Assembly (NCBI GenBank): GCA_964057225.1
Contig: OZ059895.1
Coordinates: 3,844,001-3,908,000 of the forward strand
Origin: Auanema rhodensis
Taxonomy: Eukaryota; Animalia; Nematoda
DNA length: 64,000 nucleotides
Reading direction: 5' to 3'
Shown: piece after piece, positions 39,701-54,700 of the stretch
Layout of the letters: each line of letters opens with the position of its first letter
Position numbering within the stretch: the stretch's first letter is position 1
Notes under the pieces: model-generated
Databases searched by the model: none
Seen by the model: only the letters and a program-made list of their open reading frames with translations
Told to the model about the DNA's origin: nothing
Position numbers and translations under genes: made by a program

Positions 39701-42700
39701 TTTTTGTACACCCATAAATTATACGCAGCACAGGTTACCCTTAAATAATGAACTGACCGACTAATCAGACATGGATCTTTCCAAGTTCTGTTGCTTGAAC
39801 GGATGTTTTCCTACGTAGGCTAGTAAAACATGCCCTTCAAAGCATCAGAACATGTGACCACATTCCAATTTTTTTGTATCTATCTTGTAAAGATAGTAAT
39901 ATATCATATGTTGAACACTAAGTTGGAAAGATTTTAATTCAGATTTTTTCAACTTTCACTCAGTTTGTTTTCTAAACTTTGATTAAGAACCTTGTTGTTT
40001 GTACACCCATAAAATATACGCAGCACAGGTTACCCTTAAATAATGAACTGACCGACTAATCAGACATGGATCTTTCCTAGTTCTGTTGCTTGAATGGATG
40101 TTTTCCTACGTAGGCTAGTAAAACATGCCCTTCAAAGCATCAGAACATGTGATCACATTCCAATTTTTTTGTATCTATCTTGTAAAGATAGTAATAAACT
40201 TTGATTTTTGTACACCCATAAATTATACGCAGCACAGGTTACCCTTAAATAATGAACTGACCGACTAATCAGACATGGATCTTTCCAAGTTCTGTTGCTT
40301 GAACGGATGTTTTCCTACGTAGGCTAGTAAAACATGCCCTTCAAAGCATCAGAACATGTGACCACATTCCAATTTTTTTGTATCTATCTTGTAAAGATAG
40401 TAATATATCATATGTTGAACACTAAGTTGGAAAGATTTTAATTCAGATTTTTTCAACTTTCACTCAGATTGTTTTCTAAACTTTGATTAAGAACCTTGTT
40501 GTTTGTACACCCATAAAATATACGCAGCACAGGTTACCCTTAAATAATGAACTGACCGACTAATCAGACATGGATCTTTCCTAGTTCTGTTGCTTGAATG
40601 GATGTTTTCCTACGTAGGCTAGTAAAACATGCCCTTCAAAGCATCAGAACATGTGATCACATTCCAATTTTTTTGTATCTATCTTGTAAAGATAGTAATA
40701 AACTTTGATTTTTGTACACCCATAAATTATACGCAGCACAGGTTACCCTTAAATAATGAACTGACCGACTAATCAGACATGGATCTTTCCAAGTTCTGTT
40801 GCTTGAACGGATGTTTTCCTACGTAGGCTAGTAAAACATGCCCTTCAAAGCATCAGAACATGTGACCACATTCCAATTTTTTTGTATCTATCTTGTAAAG
40901 ATAGTAATATATCATATGTTGAACACTAAGTTGGAAAGATTTTAATTCAGATTTTTTCAACTTTCACTCAGTTTGTTTTCTAAACTTTGATTAAGAACCT
41001 TGTTGTTTGTACACCCATAAAATATACGCAGCACAGGTTACCCTTAAATAATGAACTGACCGACTAATCAGACATGGATCTTCCCAAGTTCTGTTGCTTG
41101 AATGGATGTTTTCCTACGTAGGCTAGTAAAACATGCCCTTCAAAGCATCAGAACATGTGATCACATTCCAATTTTTTTGTATCTATCTTGTAAAGATAGT
41201 AATAAACTTTGATTTTTGTACACCCATAAATTATACGCAGCACAGGTTACCCTTAAATAATGAACTGACCGACTAATCAGACATGGATCTTTCCAAGTTC
41301 TGTTGCTTGAACGGATGTTTTCCTACGTAGGCTAGTAAAACATGCCCTTCAAAGCATCAGAACATGTGACCACATTCCAATTTTTTTGTATCTATCTTGT
41401 AAAGATAGTAATATATCATATGTTGAACACTATGTTGGAAAGATTTTAATTCAGATTTTTTCAACTTTCACTCAGTTTGTTTTCTAAACTTTGATTGAGA
41501 ACCTTGAGTTTTGTACACCCATAAATTATACGCAGCACAGGTTACCCTTAAATAATGAACTGACCGACTAATCAGACATGGATCTTCCCAAGTTCTGTTG
41601 CTTGAATGGATGTTTTCCTACGTAGGCTAGTAAAACATGCCCTTCAAAGCATCAGAACATGTGATCACATTCCAATTTTTTTGTATCTATCTTGTAAAGA
41701 TAGTAATAAACTTTGATTTTTGTACACCCATAAATTATACGCAGCACAGGTTACCCTTAAATAATGAACTGACCGACTAATCAGACATGGATCTTTCCTA
41801 GTTCTGTTGCTTGAATGGATGTTTTCCAACGTAGGCTAGTAAAACATGCCCTTCAAAGCATCAGAACATGTGATCACATTCCAATTTTTTTGTATCTATC
41901 TTGTAAAGATAGTAATAAACTTTGATTTTTGTACACCCATAAATTATACGCAGCACAGGTTACCCTTAAATAATGAACTGACCGACTAATCAGACATGGA
42001 TCTTCCCAAGTTCTGTTGCTTGAATGGATGTTTTCCTACGTAGGCTAGTAAAACATGCCTTTCAAAGCATCAGAACATGTGATCACATTCCAATTTTTTT
42101 GTATCTATCTTGTAAAAATAGTAATAAACTTTGATTTTTGTACACCCATAAATTATACGCAGCACAGGTTACCCTTAAATAATGAACTGACCGACTAATC
42201 AGACATGGATCTTTCCAAGTTCTGTTGCTTGAACGGATGTTTTCCTACGTAGGCTAGTAAAACATGCCCTTCAAAGCATCAGAACATGTGACCACATTCC
42301 AATTTTTTTGTATCTATCTTGTAAAGATAGTAATATATCATATGTTGAACACTATGTTGGAAAGATTTTAATTCAGATTTTTTCAACTTTCACTCAGTTT
42401 GTTTTCTAAACTTTGATTGAGAACCTTCAGTTTTGTACACCCATAAATTATACGCAGCACAGGTTACCCTTAAATAATGAACTGACCGACTAATCAGACA
42501 TGGATCTTCCCAAGTTCTGTTGCTTGAATGGATGTTTTCCTACGTAGGCTAGTAAAACATGCCCTTCAAAGCATCAGAACATGTGATCACATTCCAATTT
42601 TTTTGTATCTATCTTGTAAAGATAGTAATAAACTTTGATTTTTGTACACCCATAAATTATACGCAGCACAGGTTACCCTTGAATAATGAACTGACCGACT

Positions 42701-45700
42701 AATCAGACATGAATCTTTCCTAGTTCTGTTGCTTGAATGGATGTTTTCCAACGTAGGCTAGTAAAACATGCCCTTCAAAGCATCAGAACATGTGATCACA
42801 TTCTAATTTTTTTGTATCTATCTTGTAAAGATAGTAATAAACTTTGATTTTTGTACACCCATAAATTATACGCAGCACAGGTTACCCTTAAATAATGAAC
42901 TGACCGACTAATCAGACATGGATCTTCCCAAGTTCTGTTGCTTGAATGGATGTTTTCCTACGTAGGCTAGTAAAACATGCCTTTCAAAGCATCAGAACAT
43001 GTGATCACATTCCAATTTTTTTGTATCTATCTTGTAAAAATAGTAATAAACTTTGATTTTTGTACACCCATAAATTATACGCAGCACAGGTTACCCTTAA
43101 ATAATGAACTGACCGACTAATCAGACATGGATCTTTCCAAGTTCTGTTGCTTGAACGGATGTTTTCCTACGTAGGCTAGTAAAACATGCCCTTCAAAGCA
43201 TCAGAACATGTGACCACATTCCAATTTTTTTGTATCTATCTTGTAAAGATAGTAATATATCATATGTTGAACACTATGTTGGAAAGATTTTAATTCAGAT
43301 TTTTTCAACTTTCACTCAGTTTGTTTTCTAAACTTTGATTGAGAACCTTGAGTTTTGTACACCCATAAATTATACGCAGCACAGGTTACCCTTAAATAAT
43401 GAACTGACCGACTAATCAGACATGGATCTTTCCTAGTTCTGTTGCTTGAATGGATGTTTTCCTACGTAGGCTAGTAAAACATGCCCTTCAAAGCATCAGA
43501 ACATGTGATCACATTCCAATTTTTTTGTATCTATCTTGTAAAGATAGTAATAAACTTTGATTTTTGTACACCCATAAATTATACGCAGCACAGGTTACCC
43601 TTAAATAATGAACTGACCGACTAATCAGACATGGATCTTTCCAAGTTCTGTTGCTTGAACGGATGTTTTCCTACGTAGGCTAGTAAAACATGCCCTTCAA
43701 AGCATCAGAACATGTGACCACATTCCAATTTTTTTGTATCTATCTTGTAAAGATAGTAATATATCATATGTTGAACACTAAGTTGGAAAGATTTTAATTC
43801 AGATTTTTTCAACTTTCACTCAGTTTGTTTTCTAAACTTTGATTAAGAACCTTGTTGTTTGTACACCCATAAAATATACGCAGCACAGGTTACCCTTAAA
43901 TAATGAACTGACCGACTAATCAGACATGGATCTTTCCTAGTTCTGTTGCTTGAATGGATGTTTTCCTACGTAGGCTAGTAAAACATGCCCTTCAAAGCAT
44001 CAGAACATGTGATCACATTCCAATTTTTTTGTATCTATCTTGTAAAGATAGTAATAAACTTTGATTTTTGTACACCCATAAATTATACGCAGCACAGGTT
44101 ACCCTTAAATAATGAACTGACCGACTAATCAGACATGGATCTTTCCAAGTTCTGTTGCTTGAACGGATGTTTTCCTACGTAGGCTAGTAAAACATGCCCT
44201 TCAAAGCATCAGAACATGTGACCACATTCCAATTTTTTTGTATCTATCTTGTAAAGATAGTAATATATCATATGTTGAACACTAAGTTGGAAAGATTTTA
44301 ATTCAGATTTTTTCAACTTTCACTCAGTTTGTTTTCTAAACTTTGATTAAGAACCTTGTTGTTTGTACACCCATAAAATATACGCAGCACAGGTTACCCT
44401 TAAATAATGAACTGACCGACTAATCAGACATGGATCTTTCCTAGTTCTGTTGCTTGAATAGATGTTTTCCTACGTAGGCTAGTAAAACATGCCCTTCAAA
44501 GCATCAGAACATGTGATCACATTCCAATTTTTTTGTATCTATCTTGTAAAGATAGTAATAAACTTTGATTTTTGTACACCCATAAATTATACGCAGCACA
44601 GGTTACCCTTAAATAATGAACTGACCGACTAATCAGACATGGATCTTTCCAAGTTCTGTTGCTTGAACGGATGTTTTCCTACGTAGGCTAGTAAAACATG
44701 CCCTTCAAAGCATCAGAACATGTGATCACATTCCAATTTTTTTGTATCTATCTTGTAAAGATAGTAATATATCATATGTTGAACACTATGTTGGAAAGAT
44801 TTTAATTCAGATTTTTTCAACTTTCACTCAGTTTGTTTTCTAAACTTTGATTAAGAACTTTGATATTTGTACACCCATAAATTATACGCAGCACAGGTTA
44901 CCCTTAAATAATGAACTGACCGACTAATCAGACATGGATCTTTCCTAGTTCTGTTGCTTGAATGGATGTTTTCCTACGTAGGCTAGTAAAACATGCCCTT
45001 CAAAGCATCAGAACATGTTATCACATTCCAATTTTTTTGTATCTGTTTTGTAAAGATAGTAATAAACTTTGATTTTTGTACACCCATAAATTATACGCAG
45101 CACAGGTTACCCTTAAATAATGAACTGACCGACTAATCAGACATGGATCTTTCCAAGTTCTGTTGCTTGAACGGATGTTTTCCTACGTAGGCTAGTAAAA
45201 CATGCCCTTCAAAGCATCAGAACATGTGACCACATTCCAATTTTTTTGTATCTATCTTGTAAAGATAGTAATATATCATATGTTGAACACTATGTTGGAA
45301 AGATTTTAATTCAGATTTTTTCAACTTTCACTCAGTTTGTTTTCTAAACTTTGATTGAGAACCTTGAGTTTTGTACACCCATAAATTATACGCAGCACAG
45401 GTTACCCTTAAATAATGAACTGACCGACTAATCAGACATGGATCTTCCCAAGTTCTGTTGCTTGAATGGATGTTTTCCTACGTAGGCTAGTAAAACATGC
45501 CCTTCAAAGCATCAGAACATGTGATCACATTCCAATTTTTTTGTATCTATCTTGTAAAGATAGTAATAAACTTTGATTTTTGTACACCCATAAATTATAC
45601 GCAGCACAGGTTACCCTTAAATAATGAACTGACCGACTAATCAGACATGGATCTTTCCTAGTTCTGTTGCTTGAATGGATGTTTTCCAACGTAGGCTAGT

Positions 45701-48700
45701 AAAACATGCCCTTCAAAGCATCAGAACATGTGATCACATTCCAATTTTTTTGTATCTATCTTGTAAAGATAGTAATAAACTTTGATTTTTGTACACCCAT
45801 AAATTATACGCAGCACAGGTTACCCTTAAATAATGAACTGACCGACTAATCAGACATGGATCTTTCCTAGTTCTGTTGCTTGAATGGATGTTTTCCTACG
45901 TAGGCTAGTAAAACATGCCCTTCAAAGCATCAGAACATGTGACCACATTCCAATTTTTTTGTATCTATCTTGTAAAGATAGTAATATATCTTATGTTGAA
46001 CACTAAGTTGGAAAGATTTTAATTCAGATTTTTTCAACTTTCACTCAGTTTGTTTTCTAAACTTTGATTAAGAACCTTGTTGTTTGTACACCCATAAAAT
46101 ATACGCAGCACAGGTTACCCTTAAATAATGAACTGACCGACTAATCAGACATGGATCTTTCCTAGTTCTGTTGCTTGAATGGATGTTTTCCTACGTAGGC
46201 TAGTAAAACATGCCCTTCAAAGCATCAGAACATGTGATCACATTCCAATTTTTTTGTATCTATCTTGTAAAGATAGTAATAAACTTTGATTTTTGTACAC
46301 CCATAAATTATACGCAGCACAGGTTACCCTTAAATAATGAACTGACCGACTAATCAGACATGGATCTTTCCAAGTTCTGTTGCTTGAACGGATGTTTTCC
46401 TACGTAGGCTAGTAAAACATGCCCTTCAAAGCATCAGAACATGTGACCACATTCCAATTTTTTTGTATCTATCTTGTAAAGATAGTAATATATCATATGT
46501 TGAACACTAAGTTGGAAAGATTTTAATTCAGATTTTTTCAACTTTCACTCAGTTTGTTTTCTAAACTTTGATTAAGAACCTTGTTGTTTGTACACCCATA
46601 AAATATACGCAGCACAGGTTACCCTTAAATAATGAACTGACCGACTAATCAGACATGGATCTTCCCAAGTTCTGTTGCTTGAATGGATGTTTTCCTACGT
46701 AGGCTAGTAAAACATGCCCTTCAAAGCATCAGAACATGTGATCACATTCCAATTTTTTTGTATCTATCTTGTAAAGATAGTAATAAACTTTGATTTTTGT
46801 ACACCCATAAATTATACGCAGCACAGGTTACCCTTAAATAATGAACTGACCGACTAATCAGACATGGATCTTTCCAAGTTCTGTTGCTTGAACGGATGTT
46901 TTCCTACGTAGGCTAGTAAAACATGCCCTTCAAAGCATCAGAACATGTGACCACATTCCAATTTTTTTGTATCTATCTTGTAAAGATAGTAATATATCAT
47001 ATGTTGAACACTATGTTGGAAAGATTTTAATTCAGATTTTTTCAACTTTCACTCAGTTTGTTTTCTAAACTTTGATTGAGAACCTTGAGTTTTGTACACC
47101 CATAAATTATACGCAGCACAGGTTACCCTTAAATAATGAACTGACCAACTAATCAGACATGGATCTTCCCAAGTTCTGTTGCTTGAATGGATGTTTTCCT
47201 ACGTAGGCTAGTAAAACATGCCCTTCAAAGCATCAGAACATGTGATCACATTCCAATTTTTTTGTATCTATCTTGTAAAGATAGTAATAAACTTTGATTT
47301 TTGTACACCCATAAATTATACGCAGCACAGGTTACCCTTAAATAATGAACTGACCGACTAATCAGACATGGATCTTCCCAATTTCTGTTGCTTGAATGGA
47401 TGTTTTCCTACGTAGGCTAGTAAAACATGCCCTTCAAAGCATCAGAACATGTGATCACATTCCAATTTTTTTGTATCTATCTTGTAAAGATAGTAATAAA
47501 CTTTGATTTTTGTACACCCATAAATTATACGCAGCACAGGTTACCCTTAAATAATGAACTGACCGACTAATCAGACATGGATCTTTCCTAGTTCTGTTGC
47601 TTGAATGGATGTTTTCCAACGTAGGCTAGTAAAACATGCCCTTCAAAGCATCAGAACATGTGATCACATTCCAATTTTTTTGTATCTATCTTGTAAAGAT
47701 AGTAATAAACTTTGATTTTTGTACACCCATAAATTATACGCAGCACAGGTTACCCTTAAATAATGAACTGACCGACTAATCAGACATGGATCTTTCCTAG
47801 TTCTGTTGCTTGAATGGATGTTTTCCTACGTAGGCTAGTAAAACATGCCCTTCAAAGCATCAGAACATGTGATCACATTCCAATTTTTTTGTATCTATCT
47901 TGTAAAGATAGTAATATATCATATGTTGAACACTATGTTGGAAAGATTTTAATTCAGATTTTCTAACTTTTAATCAGTTTGTTTTTTAAACTTTGATTAA
48001 GAACTTTGATTTTTGTACACCCATAAATTATACGCAGCACAGGTTACCCTTAAATAATGAACTGACCAACTAATCAGACATGGTTCTTTCCTAGTTCTGT
48101 TGCTTGAATGGATGTTTTCCTACGTAGGCTAGTAAAACATGCCCTTCAAAGCATCAGAACATGTGATCACATTCCAATTTTTTTGTATCTATCTTGTAAA
48201 GATAGTAATAAACTTTGATTTTTGTACACCCATAAATTATACGCAGCACAGGTTACCCTTAAATAATGAACTGACCGACTAATCAGACATGGATCTTTCC
48301 AAGTTCTGTTGCTTGAACGGATGTTTTCCTACGTAGGCTAGTAAAACATGCCCTTCAAAGCATCAGAACATGTGACCACATTCCAATTTTTTTGTATCTA
48401 TCTTGTAAAGATAGTAATAAACTTTGATTTTTGTACACCCATAAATTATACGCAGCACAGGTTACCCTTAAATAATGAACTGACCGACTAATCAGACATG
48501 GATCTTTCCTAGTTCTGTTGCTTGAATGGATGTTTTCCAACGTAGGCTAGTAAAACATGCCCTTCAAAGCATCAGAACATGTGATCACATTCCAATTTTT
48601 TTGTATCTATCTTGTAAAGATAGTAATATATCATATGTTGAACACTATGTTGGAAAGATTTTAATTCAGATTTTTTCAACTTTCACTCAGTTTGTTTTCT

Positions 48701-51700
48701 AAACTTTGATTAAGAACCTTGTTGTTTGTACACCCATAAAATATACGCAGCACAGGTTACCCTTAAATAATGAACTGACCGACTAATCAGACATGGATCT
48801 TCCCAAGTTCTGTTGCTTGAATGGATGTTTTCCTACGTAGGCTAGTAAAACATGCCCTTCAAAGCATCAGAACATGTGATCACATTCCAATTTTTTTGTA
48901 TCTATCTTGTAAAGATAGTAATATATCATATGTTGAACACTATGTTGGAAAGATTTTAATTCAGATTTTCTAACTTTTATTCAGTTTGTTTTTTAAACTT
49001 TGATTAAGAACTTTGATTTTTGTACACCCATAAATTATACGCAGCACAGGTTACCCTTAAATAATGAACTGACCGACTAATCAGACATGGATCTTTCCTA
49101 GTTCTGTTGCTTGAATGGATGTTTTCCTACGTAGGCTAGTAAAACATGCCTTTCAAAGCATCAGAACATGTGATCAAATTCCAATTTTTTTGTATCTATC
49201 TTGTAAAGATAGTAATATATCATATGTTGAACACTATGTTGGAAAGATTTTCATTCAGATTTTTTAATTTTTATTCAGTTTGTTTTTTAAACTTTGATTA
49301 AGAACTTTGATTTTTGTACACCCATAAATTATACGCAGCACAGGTTACCCTTAAATAATGAACTGACCGACTAATCAGACATGGATCTTTCCTAGTTCTG
49401 TTGCTTGAATGGATGTTTTCCTACGTAGGCTAGTAAAACATGCCCTTCAAAGCATCAGAACATGTGACCACATTCCAATTTTTTTGTATCTATCTTGTAA
49501 AGATAGTAATATATCATATGTTGAACACTATGTTGGAAAGATTTTAATTCAGATTTTCTAACTTTTATTCAGTTTGTTTTTTAAACTTTGATTAAGAACT
49601 TTGATTTTTGTACACCCATAAATTATACGCAGCACAGGTTACCCTTAAATAATGAACTGACCGACTAATCAGACATGGATCTTTCCTAGTTCTGTTGCTT
49701 GAATGGATGTTTTCCTACGTAGGCTAGTAAAACATGCCCTTCAAAGCATCAGAACATGTGATCACATTCCAATTTTTTTGTATCTATCTTGTAAAGATAG
49801 TAATAAACTTTGATTTTTGTACACCCATAAATTATACGCAGCACAGGTTACTCTTAAATAATGAACTGACCGACTAATCAGACATGGATCTTTCCTAGTT
49901 CTGTTGCTTGAATGGATGTTTTCCTACGTAGGCTAGTAAAACATGCCCTTCAAAGCATCAGAACATGTGATCACATTCCAATTTTTTTGTATCTATCTTG
50001 TAAAGATAGTAATATATCATATGTTGAACACTATGTTGGAAAGATTTTAATTCAGATTTTCTAACTTTTAATCAGTTTGTTTTTTAAACTTTGATTAAGA
50101 ACTTTGATTTTTGTACACCCATAAATTATACGCAGCACAGGTTACCCTTAAATAATGAACTGACCGACTAATCAGACATGGATCTTTCCTAGTTCTGTTG
50201 CTTGAATGGATGTTTTCCTACGTAGGCTAGTAAAACATGCCCTTCAAAGCATCAGAACATGTGATCACATTCCAATTTTTTTGTATCTATCTTGTAAAGA
50301 TAGTAATAAACTTTGATTTTTGTACACCCATAAATTATACGCAGCACAGGTTACCCTTAAATAATGAACTGACCGACTAATCAGACATGGATCTTTCCTA
50401 GTTCTGTTGCTTGAATGGATGTTTTCCTACGTAGGCTAGTAAAACATGCCTTTCAAAGCATCAGAACATGTGATCAAATTCCAATTTTTTTGTATCTATC
50501 TTGTAAAGATAGTAATATATCATATGTTGAACACTATGTTGGAAAGATTTTCATTCAGATTTTTTAATTTTTATTCAGTTTGTTTTTTAAACTTTGATTA
50601 AGAACTTTGATTTTTGTACACCCATAAATTATACGCAGCACAGGTTACCCTTAAATAATGAACTGACCGACTAATCAGACATGGATCTTTCCTAGTTCTG
50701 TTGCTTGAATGGATGTTTTCCTACGTAGGCTAGTAAAACATGCCCTTCAAAGCATCAGAACATGTGACCACATTCCAATTTTTTTGTATCTATCTTGTAA
50801 AGATAGTAATATATCATATGTTGAACACTATGTTGGAAAGATTTTAATTCAGATTTTCTAACTTTTATTCAGTTTGTTTTTTAAACTTTGATTAAGAACT
50901 TTGATTTTTGTACACCCATAAATTATACGCAGCACAGGTTACCCTTAAATAATGAACTGACCGACTAATCAGACATGGATCTTTCCTAGTTCTGTTGCTT
51001 GAATGGATGTTTTCCTACGTAGGCTAGTAAAACATGCCCTTCAAAGCATCAGAACATGTGATCACATTCCAATTTTTTTGTATCTATCTTGTAAAGATAG
51101 TAATAAACTTTGATTTTTGTACACCCATAAATTATACGCAGCACAGGTTACTCTTAAATAATGAACTGACCGATTAATCAGACATGGATCTTTCCTAGTT
51201 CTGTTGCTTGAATGGATGTTTTCCTACGTAGGCTAGTAAAACATGCCCTTCAAAGCATCAGAACATGTGATCACATTCCAATTTTTTTGTATCTATCTTG
51301 TAAAGATAGTAATATATCATATGTTGAACACTATGTTGGAAAGATTTTAATTCAGATTTTCTAACTTTTAATCAGTTTGTTTTTTAAACTTTGATTAAGA
51401 ACTTTGATTTTTGTACACCCATAAATTATACGCAGCACAGGTTACCCTTAAATAATGAACTGACCGACTAATCAGACATGGATCTTTCCTAGTTCTGTTG
51501 CTTGAATGGATGTTTTCCTACGTAGGCTAGTAAAACATGCCCTTCAAAGCATCAGAACATGTGATCACATTCCAATTTTTTTGTATCTATCTTGTAAAGA
51601 TAGTAATAAACTTTGATTTTTGTACACCCATAAATTATACGCAGCACAGGTTACCCTTAAATAATGAACTGACCGACTAATCAGACATGGATCTTTCCAA

Positions 51701-54700
51701 GTTCTGTTGCTTGAACGGATGTTTTCCTACGTAGGCTAGTAAAACATGTCCTTCAAAGCATCAGAACATGTGACCACATTCCAATTTTTTTGTATCTATC
51801 TTGTAAAGATAGTAATATATCATATGTTGAACACTATGTTGGAAAGATTTTAATTCAGATTTTTTCAACTTTCACTCAGTTTGTTTTCTAAACTTTGATT
51901 AAGAACTTTGATTTTTGTACACCCATAAATTATACGCAGCACAGGTTACCCTTAAATAATGAACTGACCGACTAATCAGACATGGATCTTTCCAAGTTCT
52001 GTTGCTTGAACGGATGTTTTCCTACGTAGGCAAGTAAAACATGCCCTTCAAAGCATCAGAACATGTGACCACATTCCAATTTTTTTGTATCTATCTTGTA
52101 AAGATAGTAATATATCATATGTTGAACACTATGTTGGAAAGATTTTAATTCAGATTTTTTCAACTTTCACTCAGTTTGTTTTCTAAACTTTGATTAAGAA
52201 CCTTGTTGTTTGTACACCCATAAAATATACGCAGCACAGGTTACCCTTAAATAATGAACTGACCGACTAATCAGACATGGATCTTTCCTAGTTCTGTTGC
52301 TTGAATGGATGTTTTCCTACGTAGGCTAGTAAAACATGCCTTTCAAAGCATCAGAACATGTGATCAAATTCCAATTTTTTTGTATCTATCTTGTAAAAAT
52401 AGTAATAAACTTTGATTTTTGTACACCCATAAATTATACGCAGCACAGGTTACCCTTAAATAATGAACTGACCGACTAATCAGACATGGATCTTCCTAAG
52501 TTCTGTTGCTTGAATGGATGTTTTCCTACGTAGGCTAGTAAAACATGCCTTTCAAAGCATCAGAACATGTGATCACATTCCAATTTTTTTGTATCTATCT
52601 TGTAAAAATAGTAATAAACTTTGATTTTTGTACACCCATAAATTATACGCAGCACAGGTTACCCTTAAATAATGAACTGACCGACTAATCAGACATGGAT
52701 CTTTCCAAGTTCTGTTGCTTGAACGGATGTTTTCCTACGTAGGCTAGTAAAACATGCCCTTCAAAGCATCAGAACATGTGACCACATTCCAATTTTTTTG
52801 TATCTATCTTGTAAAGATAGTAATATATCATATGTTGAACACTAAGTTGGAAAGATTTTAATTCAGATTTTTTCAACTTTCACTCAGTTTGTTTTCTAAA
52901 CTTTGATTAAGAACCTTGTTGTTTGTACACCCATAAAATATACGCAGCACAGGTTACCCTTAAATAATGAACTGACCGACTAATCAGACATGGATCTTTC
53001 CTAGTTCTGTTGCTTGAATGGATGTTTTCCTACGTAGGCTAGTAAAACATGCCCTTCAAAGCATCAGAACATGTGATCACATTCCAATTTTTTTGTATCT
53101 ATCTTGTAAAGATAGTAATAAACTTTGATTTTTGTACACCCATAAATTATACGCAGCACAGGTTACCCTTAAATAATGAACTGACCGACTAATCAGACAT
53201 GGATCTTTCCAAGTTCTGTTGCTTGAACGGATGTTTTCCTACGTAGGCTAGTAAAACATGCCCTTCAAAGCATCAGAACATGTGACCACATTCCAATTTT
53301 TTTGTATCTATCTTGTAAAGATAGTAATATATCATATGTTGAACACTAAGTTGGAAAGATTTTAATTCAGATTTTTTCAACTTTCACTCAGTTTGTTTTC
53401 TAAACTTTGATGAAGAACCTTGTTGTTTGTACACCCATAAAATATACGCAGCACAGGTTACCCTTAAATAATGAACTGACCGACTAATCAGACATGGATC
53501 TTTCCTAGTTCTGTTGCTTGAATGGATGTTTTCCTACGTAGGCTAGTAAAACATGCCCTTCAAAGCATCAGAACATGTGATCACATTCCAATTTTTTTGT
53601 ATCTATCTTGTAAAGATAGTAATAAACTTTGATTTTTGTACACCCATAAATTATACGCAGCACAGGTTACCCTTAAATAATGAACTGACCGACTAATCAG
53701 ACATGGATCTTTCCAAGTTCTGTTGCTTGAACGGATGTTTTCCTACGTAGGCTAGTAAAACATGCCCTTCAAAGCATCAGAACATGTGACCACATTCCAA
53801 TTTTTTTGTATCTATCTTGTAAAGATAGTAATATATCATATGTTGAACACTAAGTTGGAAAGATTTTAATTCAGATTTTTTCAACTTTCACTCAGTTTGT
53901 TTTCTAAACTTTGATTAAGAACCTTGTTGTTTGTACACCCATAAAATATACGCAGCACAGGTTACCCTTAAATAATGAACTGACCGACTAATCAGACATG
54001 GATCTTTCCTAGTTCTGTTGCTTGAATGGATGTTTTCCTACGTAGGCTAGTAAAACATGCCCTTCAAAGCATCAGAACATGTGATCACATTCCAATTTTT
54101 TTGTATCTATCTTGTAAAGATAGTAATAAACTTTGATTTTTGTACACCCATAAATTATACGCAGCACAGGTTACCCTTAAATAATGAACTGACCGACTAA
54201 TCAGACATGGATCTTTCCAAGTTCTGTTGCTTGAACGGATGTTTTCCTACGTAGGCTAGTAAAACATGCCCTTCAAAGCATCAGAACATGTGACCACATT
54301 CCAATTTTTTTGTATCTATCTTGTAAAGATAGTAATATATCATATGTTGAACACTAAGTTGGAAAGATTTTAATTCAGATTTTTTCAACTTTCACTCAGT
54401 TTGTTTTCTAAACTTTGATTAAGAACCTTGTTGTTTGTACACCCATAAAATATACGCAGCACAGGTTACCCTTAAATAATGAACTGACCGACTAATCAGA
54501 CATGGATCTTCCCAAGTTCTGTTGCTTGAATGGATGTTTTCCTACGTAGGCTAGTAAAACATGCCCTTCAAAGCATCAGAACATGTGATCACATTCCAAT
54601 TTTTTTGTATCTATCTTGTAAAGATAGTAATAAACTTTGATTTTTGTACACCCATAAATTATACGCAGCACAGGTTACCCTTAAATAATGAACTGACCGA

